From assembly GCA_051362555.1 (NCBI GenBank), contig CM120642.1, positions 7,192,001-7,256,000 of the forward strand: a DNA stretch of 64,000 nt, read 5' to 3'. This document shows, one piece after another, positions 1 through 12,996 of the stretch. The stretch comes from Lingula anatina (Eukaryota > Animalia > Brachiopoda). How positions within the stretch are numbered: position 1 is the stretch's first letter; the number at the start of each line of letters is the position of its first letter. The notes beneath the pieces are model-generated. The model saw only the letters and a program-made list of their open reading frames with translations. It was not told the origin of the DNA and ran no database searches. Position numbers and translations under genes: made by a program.

Positions 1-1561
1 AGGGGAGAATTTTTAAGTCCCCAATGTGTTTTGTACACATGAACGTGTAACTATGTTAGTCTTAGGGTCTTTATCTGGTAATCTGGGGCTCAGGGAGGGG
101 GTCTTAATGAATAACTTAGTGAGCTAAATGAATGGCTTTATCAGGTAGCCAATTTATCAAAATTTGAAAATAGTTTATGAAGTATATTTTTTCTACAAAT
201 TATTAAGATAATTTTCTTCTACAAAAACAGGAACATATTTTAATTTTTTTAAGCCCATCTGCCACTTACTTGGTCAAACTAATTTGGTATTGTTATGCTA
301 CATGCAGTCATCAAGTTGGTGTTAATTTTGAAACTTGTTACAAGCTGTTTTGCAAAATTACAGAGGGGAACTTACAGTCATTTTAATTAACATTAATTGA
401 CATTCCTCTGCAAACAAAGCAATAGTCCCACAGTTACTTCATACATCTGCTTTGATTCCTCTCAAAATCTTCCAAAATCTGTTTACTCATACTATAAATA
501 AAGCCCCACAAACTCCAATTTGACAATAATTGTTACACATTTTCTAATCATTATCTTTACCCAGATGTAAAATAAAAATTTACTACAATTCACAATGTAT
601 GACATAATAGACCAGTCTACCTATGGGGCCCCCATGTAAAACAGCTATAATCAATTTGTTTCAATTTTTTACACTATCTACTATGCCAATATTAGTATTT
701 CTTTGCTATCTTAACCCTGTGTTTTCTGTTCTGGATAAATCCGTTTTTATAAGTCGATGATAAAATTCCAATGTGTTTGACTTGACGCATACTATAAATC
801 CCCTAGGCTGCCCCCGCACATTATTTTTAGAATGTCCTTATCTTGAAGAACATTGTTTGTTTTTGAGCTGCAACTCTGCATAATGATCAAGTTATTTTTA
901 TTCTTATATCACATCCAGGATATTTTAATGAATAAAATAACGAAATGCTTTACAATTTATTTTCTCACAATTTCCGAAAAAAAATAGTTTAATTATATAA
1001 ACATGTGAGAGTTAAAATGACATTCTCATAGATTGAAAACAATTTCATATTTTCTAATCTAACGAAAACACCAGAAAATATGCAGTTTGCCCTTTTGTTG
1101 AATGGCTGGCAAACAAACTTGTGCTGTTTAAAAAAAAACAACCATTTAAGTCTTATGTATTAGAATATGATCAAGTATAGTATTGAAAAAAACCCTGTCT
1201 CGAAATCTTAAGCGACTTGTTATATATAAACATCCACTTTAAACTGTGTAAAACAAAGCTCAGAATAACCACACCAGTGGCATGGTCAAACCCTTAAGGC
1301 TTATCATATCATGAATTTCTAACAGTAAAACAGCAATCTTTCTAAATATTTTGGCTCTCACTAGAAGGTAATACACAATTCATACCATCTAAGACTTACA
1401 GGTTCACTTTCACAAGATCTTTTTGTCTTATTTATATTTTTATCATATTTATATATACATTACATTACTCTGTTGTATTTTGTGGTGTGAGACAGAAAAA
1501 ATGCATTTAGCCTCATCAACCTTACATTCTGTACTAATAGTTTAATGCTCCATGCTATTTT

Positions 1562-1590
1562 CACACACACATGCACGCACACACACACAT

Positions 1591-1625
<35 letters not shown>
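1562..1625. repeat. (CA)n microsatellite, interrupted
   Basis: Direct reading. Confidence 0.95.
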
Positions 1626-1627
<2 letters not shown>

Positions 1628-1638
1628 GCCAGCCTTAC

Positions 1639-1770
1639 CTGGGTCATGCCTCCATAAAAACACAAGGCATGAGGAAGCTGAGGGCATAAGAATTTGAAAG
1701 TTCGGCAAATCACGCCTAATGTTGACGTGGATCGTGATCTTGTCCGTGTCACTGGCTTCTTCGACATCAT
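1639..1770 (-). CDS. Candidate alternative first coding exon (MMSKKPVTRTRSRSTSTLGVICRTFKFLCPQLPHALCFYGGMTQ)
   Basis: ATG at 1770, 44 codons, strong phase-0 donor CAG|gtaagg immediately before a (TG)n tract. Implies downstream exons beyond the left edge of the window. Confidence 0.45.
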
Positions 1771-4700
1771 TTTTGAATAACTTTTGCAACAGGATTTCTG
1801 TTTTCAATATTCAAAAATCCCAATGAAAACAAGTAATCTGCACTCTATTTTAAGAGTTCTAACTGTCATTAAAATAACTGATGCAAGCAATTATCTCCAA
1901 CTGCTGTTCATTCACATTAAAAAAATTATAGGAATTTCCATCAATCAATCATCATCATCAGAAGTTGTTTTTCTCATATTGTCAAAGAAACAATTGTGTA
2001 ATCCAAAGTAAAAATTTTATCAATCAGAATTAATTTCACCATCAAGAGGTAAACAGCTGAGGAAAAAATGCAAATTTTCCTACTGTTCAATAGTTCAACA
2101 GCTTGGATATTTTCTCTGGTGAGCCAGCATTTTTCCAGTAGTCTAAATGCAAATATTCTTCTTTGTGGCAGTAGTTTTGCCGTCGTCAATTTCTTTCTCG
2201 AACAAACTTTGATACAGCGCTGTTTCAGCTAAACCATCATTTTTTTCACAACTCCTGAACTAATCTTTGTGACAAAAAACTGTCACAGGCGCAAACTATT
2301 ATCGGTGTGGTGTTGTAAAAATCGTCAACTTAATCACAGCTGTCTCGGCATTCTTTGTCAAAGAAGCAGAACCAGCAGCACTTTATGATTGGATCCAATT
2401 CAACGTCTGCTCAAATAGGATACCCTGAACACATGATAATTCTCCATTGACAAACCCTCTCAGTTCTACAACTGACAAAACACACTTTTTCTGGTCAAGA
2501 GACTTTTCTAACTGCTTCAACTGGATTACAAACCCTCTAAAATCAGACTGTCCACTGTCCGAACAAGCTGCATTAAGCCAGTGGTCAAAGAGTGGTCAGA
2601 GGTGCGCTACCCCCCAAGTCCTGATCAAATTCTGTGTTTGTCCACTGTGAAAACACTTTTCCCGGCTTCCGTTGGATTAGCAAAACCTTCACTTTGAAAA
2701 GTGTCAACTATTTATGGAATGCTGTAACTGGGATTTTCTTTTGCCTGAACCCTTGCTCAAATATTGGACAACCTACTTTACCAGCGTGGAAGGAAAGGAG
2801 GCAGCATAGGCCCAGCAACCTGGTGCTCATAGAGTTGCTTGGCGCAGTAACATGATAATATTTCACCCAATATTAGCTTTATTACATAACATGAAGACTG
2901 TGACTTTGACATAATTACTATTTTTATCACATCACACCTCGGCTCTAAGGTTTACAACAAAGGCTTAATCAAAAATAGGATAAAAAGTAAAGTCCTCCCC
3001 TCCCCTTTTGTAAATCTATCCATTGTAAATGTAAATTTCAAACATTCTCGACTAAGATTTGAAAAAAAACTAGATATTCAATTTCCATTATTCTGACTTC
3101 ATTCCCACAGAGAACCTACTGCCAAATTTATCCAAACATTAAAAAGGGGAGGATGCAGAGTGCAAATGCCCAGTCTGTCTGTCTGTCTGTGTCTGTCAGA
3201 CTGTTAGTATAATTAGGAATTTATACATTTTTATTTTAAAAACATTTTTTGCCTCACACATATTACCCCTGGAATATTATTATAATAATTGTTGTACGTG
3301 AGTTATCATTCCAGAGGAAATCCATGAATTCTTATGAACTGTAAAGGTCACAATCCTGAGAAGTATTTATCATCATCATAAATACATGTTGTCACCTATG
3401 CCTGTGACAAATCACAAAGCACAAGGTGTAAACAGGCTCAAGGAGATACCCATCTTGTGACACTTTCCACTACCTTACTGGTATGTGACAATTAAAGTGT
3501 CACGTCCACTACCATAACACTGACCATAACAACCTAACGACGGCAAGGAGGTCACTTCCTACGATACCTATAACAGTCACAAGTCCATGTTTAACTATAC
3601 TACGGGTGGCAGTCCACCACTGAGAGATGACCATCTCCTGAACTGCCCTCTACCTTACTGGAGTGACCAAATGACCACAATAATAATACCCATTGCTCAA
3701 GGTGTGGCATCTAACTGATAGCTGACCACAATGACTTTGATACATAACACCAGAGGACCTTAAGAAAACAAATTACAGTCATTACTTGCAAAATGACAGA
3801 ACAAATTGAATCTCGAGGTGAAATCTCAAAGGCAAAAACATGTTTGGTCTCTTTAGAAACAACCTACTTTTTTCTTTCTGAACTGAATCTTGTTCATCCC
3901 ACCCTTAAAACAGGGCGTTTTAAAAATTAAAACAACTGAGAAAGTACGGAATATTTTGATCACACCAATAATAGGTGAATCAATGTACATAATTATTTGG
4001 TATTTGTTGAAAATATACAAGTCCATGACACCCCAGTTCCAACATGTGAGAGTGAAATTCTGGCAAAATATTTAAGAATATCCCTAACAGTGCATTAAAA
4101 AGGTTTAAAATCTTTCAGGCATCTCGTAACTTAAATCAAGAATACAATTCCACCATATTCATCCTACACCAACCTCCATTTTATCTGTAGTCCACCCTTT
4201 GATAACCCTCCACCCTATTTTACCCTCTCAGCCCATACAGGATAACCCCACAATAATGTGCATTCCAAAATTCTTTACAAAAATCAGACCGTGAACAATT
4301 TCAAAGACCAAAATAAACTTCTCTACTTTTCAAGGGTCCTTGAAACTTGGGAATACACACAAAACCCTGGGCTGCTTAAGGTGCAGTAGTCTGCATACTG
4401 GGTCAGAAAAAAATACTTCTTGAATTGAATACTTATATCAAATAGACTTAATGCACACCACCAGAATAATGTGGGATTTTTAGGAAACAGTGCAATTAGT
4501 CGATTAACTGAATGGAACATCGCATAAAAATAGCTTGCAATCATGGCAATAACATTGTGCAAGTTCTGATAGAAAAATATGCAATGAATTTATTGAGTGG
4601 AAAATAACAAAAATATCACTAGTATATGAAGCATGCATCTTTTTGTTAAGAAAAAAAAGAAATTTTTGGTACAAATTCACTGACCAAAGATACAAAACCA

Positions 4701-5366
4701 ATATTATGACATTGGTCCTTTTGATTTATCACCAAGGTCCTTTCTCTCTCTTATCACACACTGTTATCAGTGGCTGTTTAACTAGGGTACTGCATCTAAA
4801 CCACAACAGGCATTAAAACAGTAGTCAGCAGCAGTCATCAGTAGTATTTTAAGATCAGAGGAGGGTGCCCTGATATATATATATATATGGAATTAATCCC
4901 CCACGTTCTACAATTACTTGACACATACGTATATATTTACATATACCATCATATTACAAATCCTGTCTTTTAATTTTCATCGTAACGTCTTATCTCAATT
5001 GATATCCAATCAGGGCAACTCTTGAATCATACAATCATATATCTTATTACATATTTAAGACAATTATGAAATATATTAGAAGTCATCTAAATATAGGTAT
5101 AAAGCAACATTCCACTTCATCTTCATCGATCATCATATAATAATAATAGCTATAGTCTATACTCAGTATATTTTAAAAGCGTGATGCATTCGAATATAGT
5201 AATTTAAAAAATCTCATCAATATGATACATTCTAAGCTTAATTCGTAAGAGTTTTGAACAACTGGAGATAAAAAATCAATTACGATACCATTTTCACTAT
5301 TTAACAAACTTATAATATCTCATTATTTATCAATAAAAACTATAACAGAAAAAAAACACCCTGTAC

Positions 5367-5441
5367 CTTCTTCCACTTTGCCAGACTCTTACAGTACTGA
5401 CACGGTGGCGGACGTGTCCAGTATGCCGCTACTTTGGCCAT
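5367..5441 (-). CDS. Candidate alternative first coding exon (MAKVAAYWTRPPPCQYCKSLAKWKK)
   Basis: aggATGG start context, 25 codons, phase-0 donor AAG|gtacag (weak), locally retained CpGs. Confidence 0.3.
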
Positions 5442-8400
5442 CCTGTCCACTAAATGGTCAAGAGGCCAGCAGTGACACAACAACAATAACAGTGACAACG
5501 ACAATGCTGACAACAACCAACGGACACCAACAACAACAGGTCCATGCAGTGGTAACAGTGTACTGACAATGCCATGCTTCAGCAGTAACAGTAATATGGT
5601 GATGTCCACTAATGCATATCTCATGTGTCCAGTGTCCCCTCCCTAAGGCAAGCAAGGACAGTGGTCAGTCCATCCATCCTTCCATGCATGGATGACCCTG
5701 ATATAATGGCTGGACAACTGGGTTGGGGTCCCCATCACTGGTCGAGTCCGTCAACTTGACATGCTTATATTTTGTGACCCGATCCTCTCTGCTATACAAA
5801 TATGCACTTCCTTATATAGGGGTTGATGGTATATATTCACATGACATTGTCCATTCCTCATGGGACATGTCTCAAATTTAGTAGCCAATTCTTTTATTCA
5901 AAGATGAAAAACTTGCAAATTAATTCATAGCCATATAGGTCATTTTTTGGTGAGGTGTTCAAGAATCCACAATGTTATGATGTTGTCGTAGTAAAATTAT
6001 CATCATTTTTCCTCGCACAGTGGACTAATCCTAACCAGCTCAGGCTGCTTAATCTTCAAGCGTGGCGTGTTCACATGCACAAAATGGAGTGACTTTGACC
6101 AGTTCCATTTCGGACTTCTATGATCACAAATATAAAACAAAGAGATGATAAACTTTTCCCTGTCCAGAAAAGAAATAACCTCACATAATCAGGTTAATGC
6201 TTAACAGACACCAGCCTAAATTACTATCACCAATAATGATGTTGGAAATGGAAAGATTCAAAACCATACTATTCCATGTGTGTGTGAACAGTACCTGGAA
6301 GAGGTGCAGTGCTGATGGCACTGTAACATGAGATACAGGAATTCCACACCCGAGCATTACAAGATCTAACACTAAAATTTACCCAAAAGATATAAAACAT
6401 AATTTTCAATGATCTTATTTTGGCTTATTCAGGTCAGATGTACTTTTCTTTATTTATTTACTTTTGTAGCTATCAATTTATTTATTACATAGTTTCACAA
6501 ATAGATCTACAGTAAAGACTAATGAAAATGTTCATACACTGCTACATTAGGATGCTACTGATATTTACTTTTAAACCAAATATTATACATAAGCTACAAG
6601 TAATAAAACATATATATACTTATGTTCAAACTTCATTATTATTTCTAATAAGTTAACAAATACATATTTAACAAAATACAAAAACTACCATCCCCCCAAA
6701 AATATTCCATTTTTAGAATGACACTGATTAATGAACCATGTCTAATAAAATTGATATGAGGTCCAGGAACTTAATGTATAAGACGGATGCAGGTTATCTT
6801 CCCTAAAACACCAGTTACAGTCTGTGGCTAGGTCACATAATCATTTCCTTTTTTTTTTTTTTTTCTAAAATATTTTTTCATCTTAACATCTATTATATTC
6901 TGTTTTGCGTATGCCTGTACCAGTGACGAATGACACTTATGCAATTTCTTCTTGAACTGATTTTATCTTTGGCAAACTAAGCCTCCTAAAATAATTGCTT
7001 TAGGTGAATATGGATACCCTTATAAACTATCCGTACAGCCTCTCCCTCTTATATCATGTCCACTGATGATAAATGACCCCTGTCCTCCCCAAAAAAAATT
7101 GACCAGTAGCAGTAATTACAAGCAAAACAATAAGATGTCCTCTGTTTCAATGTAATGGAAAGACTCACAGTCTCAAAGCATTTTGTTCACTGTGGACTCT
7201 TACATAGTGTGATATGAAATGAATGAATAAAGGAATATCATTCAATCTCTCCTGAGTATATTGTCTCTGATGTAACTGTATATTTTATGATGTATTTCAT
7301 TTGTCTTTGCATCATTATTAGCTGCTGTCCTATTCTCACATCTTTGAAGAAAGAATTACATGGTAAGAACATGATATTCTATCCTTATAAACCCTTTATC
7401 TTAAATATTGACAAACACAATTAGAACACATACAGAAGTTTAAAATTTTAAAACTAGTAGTTTTTTTGTTCTCTTTATGTCATTTCATAACTGTATTTAT
7501 AGTGTAATATTGTCAAACTTGAAATCAATAGACTCAGAACATTACTTTATATCAAAAATTCTTACCCCTCAATCTTAAATTGAAATCTAAGTTCAAAATA
7601 GTTCCCAAGGCCAACACAAATACCAAAATCCCAAATTTTCTCCAGTGTGTCAATCAATCCACATTCGCCCACTCCCAAATAACATTCACCTAGAGGAAAC
7701 TTCAAAGGGCCCATTCCACAATAAAGACTATCCCTCCCTGTGTATTAAATTTGTTACAGTGAAGGGAAATATTTTCACACATGAACTTAAGACTGATAGT
7801 TGGTCTAAAATTTAGGTCCTTAAATTTTTGTCTACTATACTTCAGGATAAATCAGTAGAAGTCCACTAAAATAAAACAATTATTAAGAACTAAAGAAGTC
7901 ATTTGTTTTGTTTTTTTTCTTTTTTTATTTATTTTTTTTCAAATGCAAACAAAATTATTTATTTTGGTGGATCTAATTCTCAAGATAGAGAAGACTTAAA
8001 GCTTGTTGTTAATGTAAGATCAACTCTCAGTTTTGAGTAATATTGTCATGCCAGGTCCCCAAATGTATCACGCAGCTTTCAATGTCATTTGATATGTCAC
8101 AATGACTGAATTTTAACACAGAAAAACATTCTCAATGACCTCAACTGTCCATGTAAGAAAACTGACACAGCTGTAAATCTTTTTCAACTTTTTCCCAACT
8201 TCACAATACAGGACAAAGGCATTACTGTTCCTAACTGGTTATTTGTGCAGCTAACTAAGTGAAACTGTGACTTTTGATAAAGTGATGCTGGTATTCCAGG
8301 CAGCAATGCTATAATTCTTTCACAGGTGTTCTGAGGACACTCCACTACCACCCTATTCATACTTGTTCAGCAACCAAGAAAACCACATCCATTTTGTTCA

Positions 8401-8627
8401 TTGAATGGTGTGAAATGATTGTTAAACAAGAGCACAACAAGCAAAATTTCCCTGTTATCTGAAGCACTGTGGAAAGGTATAAGCCAGCCTTCAAAGGTAT
8501 GTTTAACAGCAACGGCACTGGATAGAGGTGAGAATGGGGCTCATCTTGGTTTTATCATGTACATGCTACCATCTATTAGCCTCCTTTGAAATTAGTAAAG
8601 AATTACCCACTTGGTACTTTTCTTTTC

Positions 8628-8678
8628 CTATATTTTCTTTTCTTTGTTTGAGAAAAGATATTTCTCATATAAAATCAC
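8628..8678 (-). CDS. Possible alternative terminal exon (VILYEKYLFSNKEKKI*) after an 80-nt intron
   Basis: Strong acceptor atttttcttctgcag|GTG 80 nt below the 8759 donor; 16 codons then TAG. Confidence 0.35.
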   Translation of the reverse strand: MILYEKYLFSNKEKKI

Positions 8679-8758
8679 CTGCAGAAGAAAAATATACAAT
8701 TGCAAATGTGGTCTGAGTAGAGCTGGGGGGGGGGGTAGTAGTTTATAAAATAGCCCAC

Positions 8759-8914
8759 CTTTTTATTCTGTACCCCTGTCCCTGGCAATGTGTGGGCCTT
8801 GTCTGCAGGTAGATGCATCTTGTTGTCTGCACGCTTCAATGGTGGAGTTTTGCTTCTCAGAACCACTTCTTTCTCCATCTTCATTGCCTCTAGTTTCTTG
8901 TGCTGTGCACTTCC
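8759..8914 (-). CDS. Coding exon, 52 aa (GSAQHKKLEAMKMEKEVVLRSKTPPLKR...VQNKK)
   Basis: Acceptor ttgtctttccag|GGA, donor AAG|gtgggc, 156 nt, phase 0-0, in frame with the giant exon. Matches ORF-track entry 8675..8926. Confidence 0.8.
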
Positions 8915-9323
8915 CTGGAAAGACAAACAACTTCCAATATCAAAGTTTAACGTGCAAAATCAATAAGAGTGACAGTCAGAAATAAACTATATACATAGCC
9001 ATACAGTCATTCATTTTATGGTATATATATATATACATACAATAAAGGATTAACTTAGGAAAAAAAATTAAAAGCCTGAGATGGGTACCAGTTTTATATT
9101 CATTCAATTATTGGAAAGATATGAAAATCAATACAACTGGTGATGAAAATGCAGAAATCTCGAAGAAATTATGGCAAGGAAAATTAAGTTTACACATAAT
9201 TTTATCTATGTGTGATCAATGGATGCCAGCATAAAGATAATTTATAATCACTTAATCATGTGGCAAAAACTACCAATTTCTATTACAGCAGACGTCCTAT
9301 GAATCTTTTTGAACATATCATAC

Positions 9324-11396
9324 CTGTTTGCTACCACAGTGTGTGAGACTGTGCTGAGAACTATTCACCGACTCTGTATCACTAGTCGGTGTCGTGCAAG
9401 GGGTGTTTCCACTGGGAATACGACGAATCCAAATCACCTCATCCTCTTCGCTCTTCACGCTACCTCTGCTTCCTCCCATCCTACCTACATCTTCGTCAGG
9501 AGTTCCTGCCGCAGAGTCCGTATTAAAGCTATGACTGGTCGGTAATATCACGGCACATTGCCCATGGGACTCCATCACTGTAGAGAGCCCAGGAACGTGC
9601 TTTTTAGCCTTCCCGGAGATTCCCAGAGCGGGTCTATCAGGACTATGTAGCCTGGCACTTGCCTGCCCTCCATTAGCAAGCAAAGTAGTTCTAAGCGAAT
9701 GGGGAACTAAGGCCTTGGGTTCCACATGCTCTGTTTGGCATAAATCAGCTTCTGACTGAGCTGGACTCTTCTGCATATACTGGTGAGCATAAAATTTCTT
9801 ATGCATGCTGTCCAGAAGTGACGTAGGCGTCAACAGCTCCTGTGGTGTCCCCATTTCTGGTGACAGTCCCGTGGAGGAGTTTCCCACTGAGGTGACACTC
9901 CCCTGTAGTGTGGATGTGCTGGAACTGTTGCTATAACTTGACCCATCATGAATATTTGACTCTAAACTTATATTATTACACTGGCCGCCGCTACCATCGC
10001 TAAAGCGTTTTTTGTATTGCACATTGCTGTCCATTTTGTCAGCCATTTTGATATCAGCAGTAGAATGTATTGAGCTCCTTTTTGATGAAATTTGCACTTT
10101 ACTATAATTGCTATTACCAACGAGGCTTTTCTGAGCATTGTCCAACTGCCCTCGGCCATTGCAAAATTCTAGTCTTGATTCCGCTTGAATAGCTGCAGGA
10201 CTTTTACCAGAATTGTCTGCAAACCTGACACTCTGTTTGACAGAGCCATTGGCAATTGTGTTAAACTTTGTCATGCTGGGAGTATTAAAATGTACGTTCC
10301 TTTGATTATTATGAGCATTCTTTCTTTCGAGAGAATTTGTCGGGGTTCTCTCTTCCGAGTTTCTTGGAGTATTTCTGGGAGTAGGCTCATCTTCTCCATT
10401 CACAAATTCACCATTAACATGAACATCCACTACCACCACCTGCTGACGGCAAGACGGGGCCAAAATGGAAGATGGCTGTTTTTGGGAATCGGATCGTATC
10501 GTCTGTGTTGAGGAATCGCGCTCATTCTGAAAATTCCCGAGGTCACTTTCATCTACCATCAAATCATCATCTACTTCCACCACTGCTTCCAGTGGTGTCC
10601 TTGGAAACATTGACCACACCTCCCTTCTAGAATCCTCCTCTGTTTGAGTTGCCCTGGAAACCTTCCTGGTTGTCATGACAACAGTTTCATTGGATGCAAC
10701 AAGCTGAACTTTCCCTGTGGGTGGGCATTTCTGACTAGTGTTTGACTCAGATTTTACAGCACTGACGTTGGAAACAAACCCATTTTGGCTTTTGTCATTT
10801 CCACAGCATCCTTTTTCATCTGGTTCTTCTAGTTCCTGTGATGGCTTTAATTTTTCAGCATGGCTGACAATGTCCAGACTTGTTGGCCTCTTGGGTCTGT
10901 TAATGTTTTTCTCAATAATATTGCACTGTGGTCTCTCCAGTAAGGATGCTAGTGTCCCTTTCTGTAACACTTTCTCATGGTGTTCAGAGTTCAGGTTGCG
11001 GTCAATGGTATTCCCTTCAACCTGGCTGTCATGGCTATGTTGTTTTTTCTCTTGTTGTCCACTGCTGGTCAAGTTTTCATATTGCACATTGGTGGTCAAA
11101 TATGGCCGGTTCTGGTCAGTGTTGGTCAATTTAAGCCCCCCAGTGGGAGTCCTGGGTGGTTCAGAGACAGATCTCTTGTTACGGTTCTCATCTTCTGAGG
11201 TAACCAACTGACCCTTGCTGCCCTTTGGTGATGATGATGATGATGACGAAGATGATGAAGTCTCTGCTAGTATGACTGGTGAAGAAAATCTCCTCCCTAT
11301 ATGAACATAGTTTGGTGAGAGAGGAGGTGGAGGTGGAAAGTAGACTTCAATCTTGTCATTTCGTGGAACTTTCTTTGGAGGTGGGTCTGGCGGATC
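9324..11396 (-). CDS. Giant coding exon, 691 aa, Ser/Thr/Asn/Pro-rich and probably disordered (DPPDPPPKKVPR...THCGSKQ)
   Basis: Contains the 629-aa ORF 9318..11207 and extends in frame by 63 codons to acceptor tttgttcgttttag|GAT at 11396. Donor CAG|gtatga at 9324. Length 2073 nt, phase 0-0. Confidence 0.9.
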
Positions 11397-12939
11397 CTAA
11401 AACGAACAAAACAAAGAAGAGTGTTAGCAATCAGTACATGGCATTTTGTCTTGACTGTAACCCAAACACAGCAGTAAAACACATAATTCCTGAAGTTCCC
11501 CAACGTATTGCAATCAACAACAGAATATATAATGCTGAAAACCCTAGTTGAACACGTTATATGTAGCCTTGGCACTCCTTACACTGTGGAGGTACTACTT
11601 TTTTGGTAGATACAGACGAGGCTAATACTTGAAAAAGAACCCAAATCATCTGCAACAAATCTATGCAATTTCTTTCACCACTTACAAAATCTTGTAAGCA
11701 GCCAGCAATGAGAAAACAAATTAGACGTTTAATGGATTGCTCTGGCAACAAAACAATGGTTTAAAGGTGAGAGGAACAACCCATACAACTCTACCTAACC
11801 CACTTCAGTGAAAGAAAAAAAAAAACAAACAAGTGGTACCGATTTACATTACTCATTTCTCAAAGCAGTAGATTCATTCTCCCTAAAATCATCCGGTATT
11901 TGATTAAATTTTATGTGTTTTGAAAAGCAAGTTCATCTATTGAGAAAACCATGTTTTCTAAATACATGTTTGTTTGGATGTGGGTGATATCAGGGCTTGG
12001 ATTACTAGGAAATGTTGTCAGCATTTAAAGACATGTTCCCGCTATCAGTCTTAATAATCTGCAGTCGTATAACCTTGTACAGTACATCATGTGCATGTGC
12101 ATGCACTTATGCATGCCTGCACATATACACATAAACACTCATGCACACATATACGCAAACATTCATATCCATTCATATACACTCACACAAAGATACATGC
12201 ACATATACACGCAAGTAAAAAAACAAGCACATACACATCAAAGCTATTACAAAATCATAAAGCTATAGAAAGCAACATTTCTTGTTAAAGTATTACAGAT
12301 CTCAACATGGGGCTCAAAATTTCATCTTTACATTAGCACAGGTAGGAAGAAAGGGGGATACCTCTTTGCCCTTTTGCTTTATGTGATTATGACAGAGACT
12401 ATTCAAAAACGAAAAAGGAAGGGGCTGTGCCCACCCAGCCCCTACCCCCTCATCCCAACCTCTGACGCCTATGTTATCCAACATGTATGCTAAATTGGCA
12501 TATTTACCTGTCAAAATTATTTCCATTTGCTTCAGATCTAACAGGTCTAACCTTACTTGTTTCTTCTTAATAACACACTAGTTGTGGCACGCGCTTTGAA
12601 GTTGTTCAGGAAGCACGGCCGATAAAACTCCCCTAACACTATCTGTATGTGATAACAACCCAGCCTGACCAGTACCCAGAAAGCAATTTTCTCAACGTGA
12701 ACTCTGATTAGAGAGGTTTACTTGTAGCTTTTAGGTAGAAATGACTTGTTGGAGCAAAAAAACTTTTTTTTTCAAAACTGCTTACAGATCAAAGAATCAG
12801 CAACTTTCAATGACTTTTCACTTTACTATAAAGGTTACTTATCTTTGGTACAGAAATTGCTTGTTCAAAAGACATGATTTTCCAAACTACTAAAAGATTC
12901 CAGGCAAATGGAGATTCTTACACTGAACACCTACCTTAA

Positions 12940-12942
<3 letters not shown>

Positions 12943-12992
<50 letters not shown>
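12943..12992. repeat. (AT)n microsatellite
   Basis: Direct reading. Confidence 0.95.

Positions 12993-12996
<4 letters not shown>

Noticed and set aside
1460-1807. 115-aa ORF with a CVCVCV tract
   Set aside because: It runs through a (TG)n microsatellite; only the alternative-frame segment 1770-1639 ends at the donor in phase 0.
10185-11211. Plus-strand ORFs of 108 and 157 aa
   Set aside because: Antisense shadows of the giant minus-strand exon.
12556-12710. Minus-strand open frame ending at a gtaagg donor
   Set aside because: Ends in phase 2, incompatible with the phase-0 giant exon, and has no ATG; could be non-coding but is unsupported.
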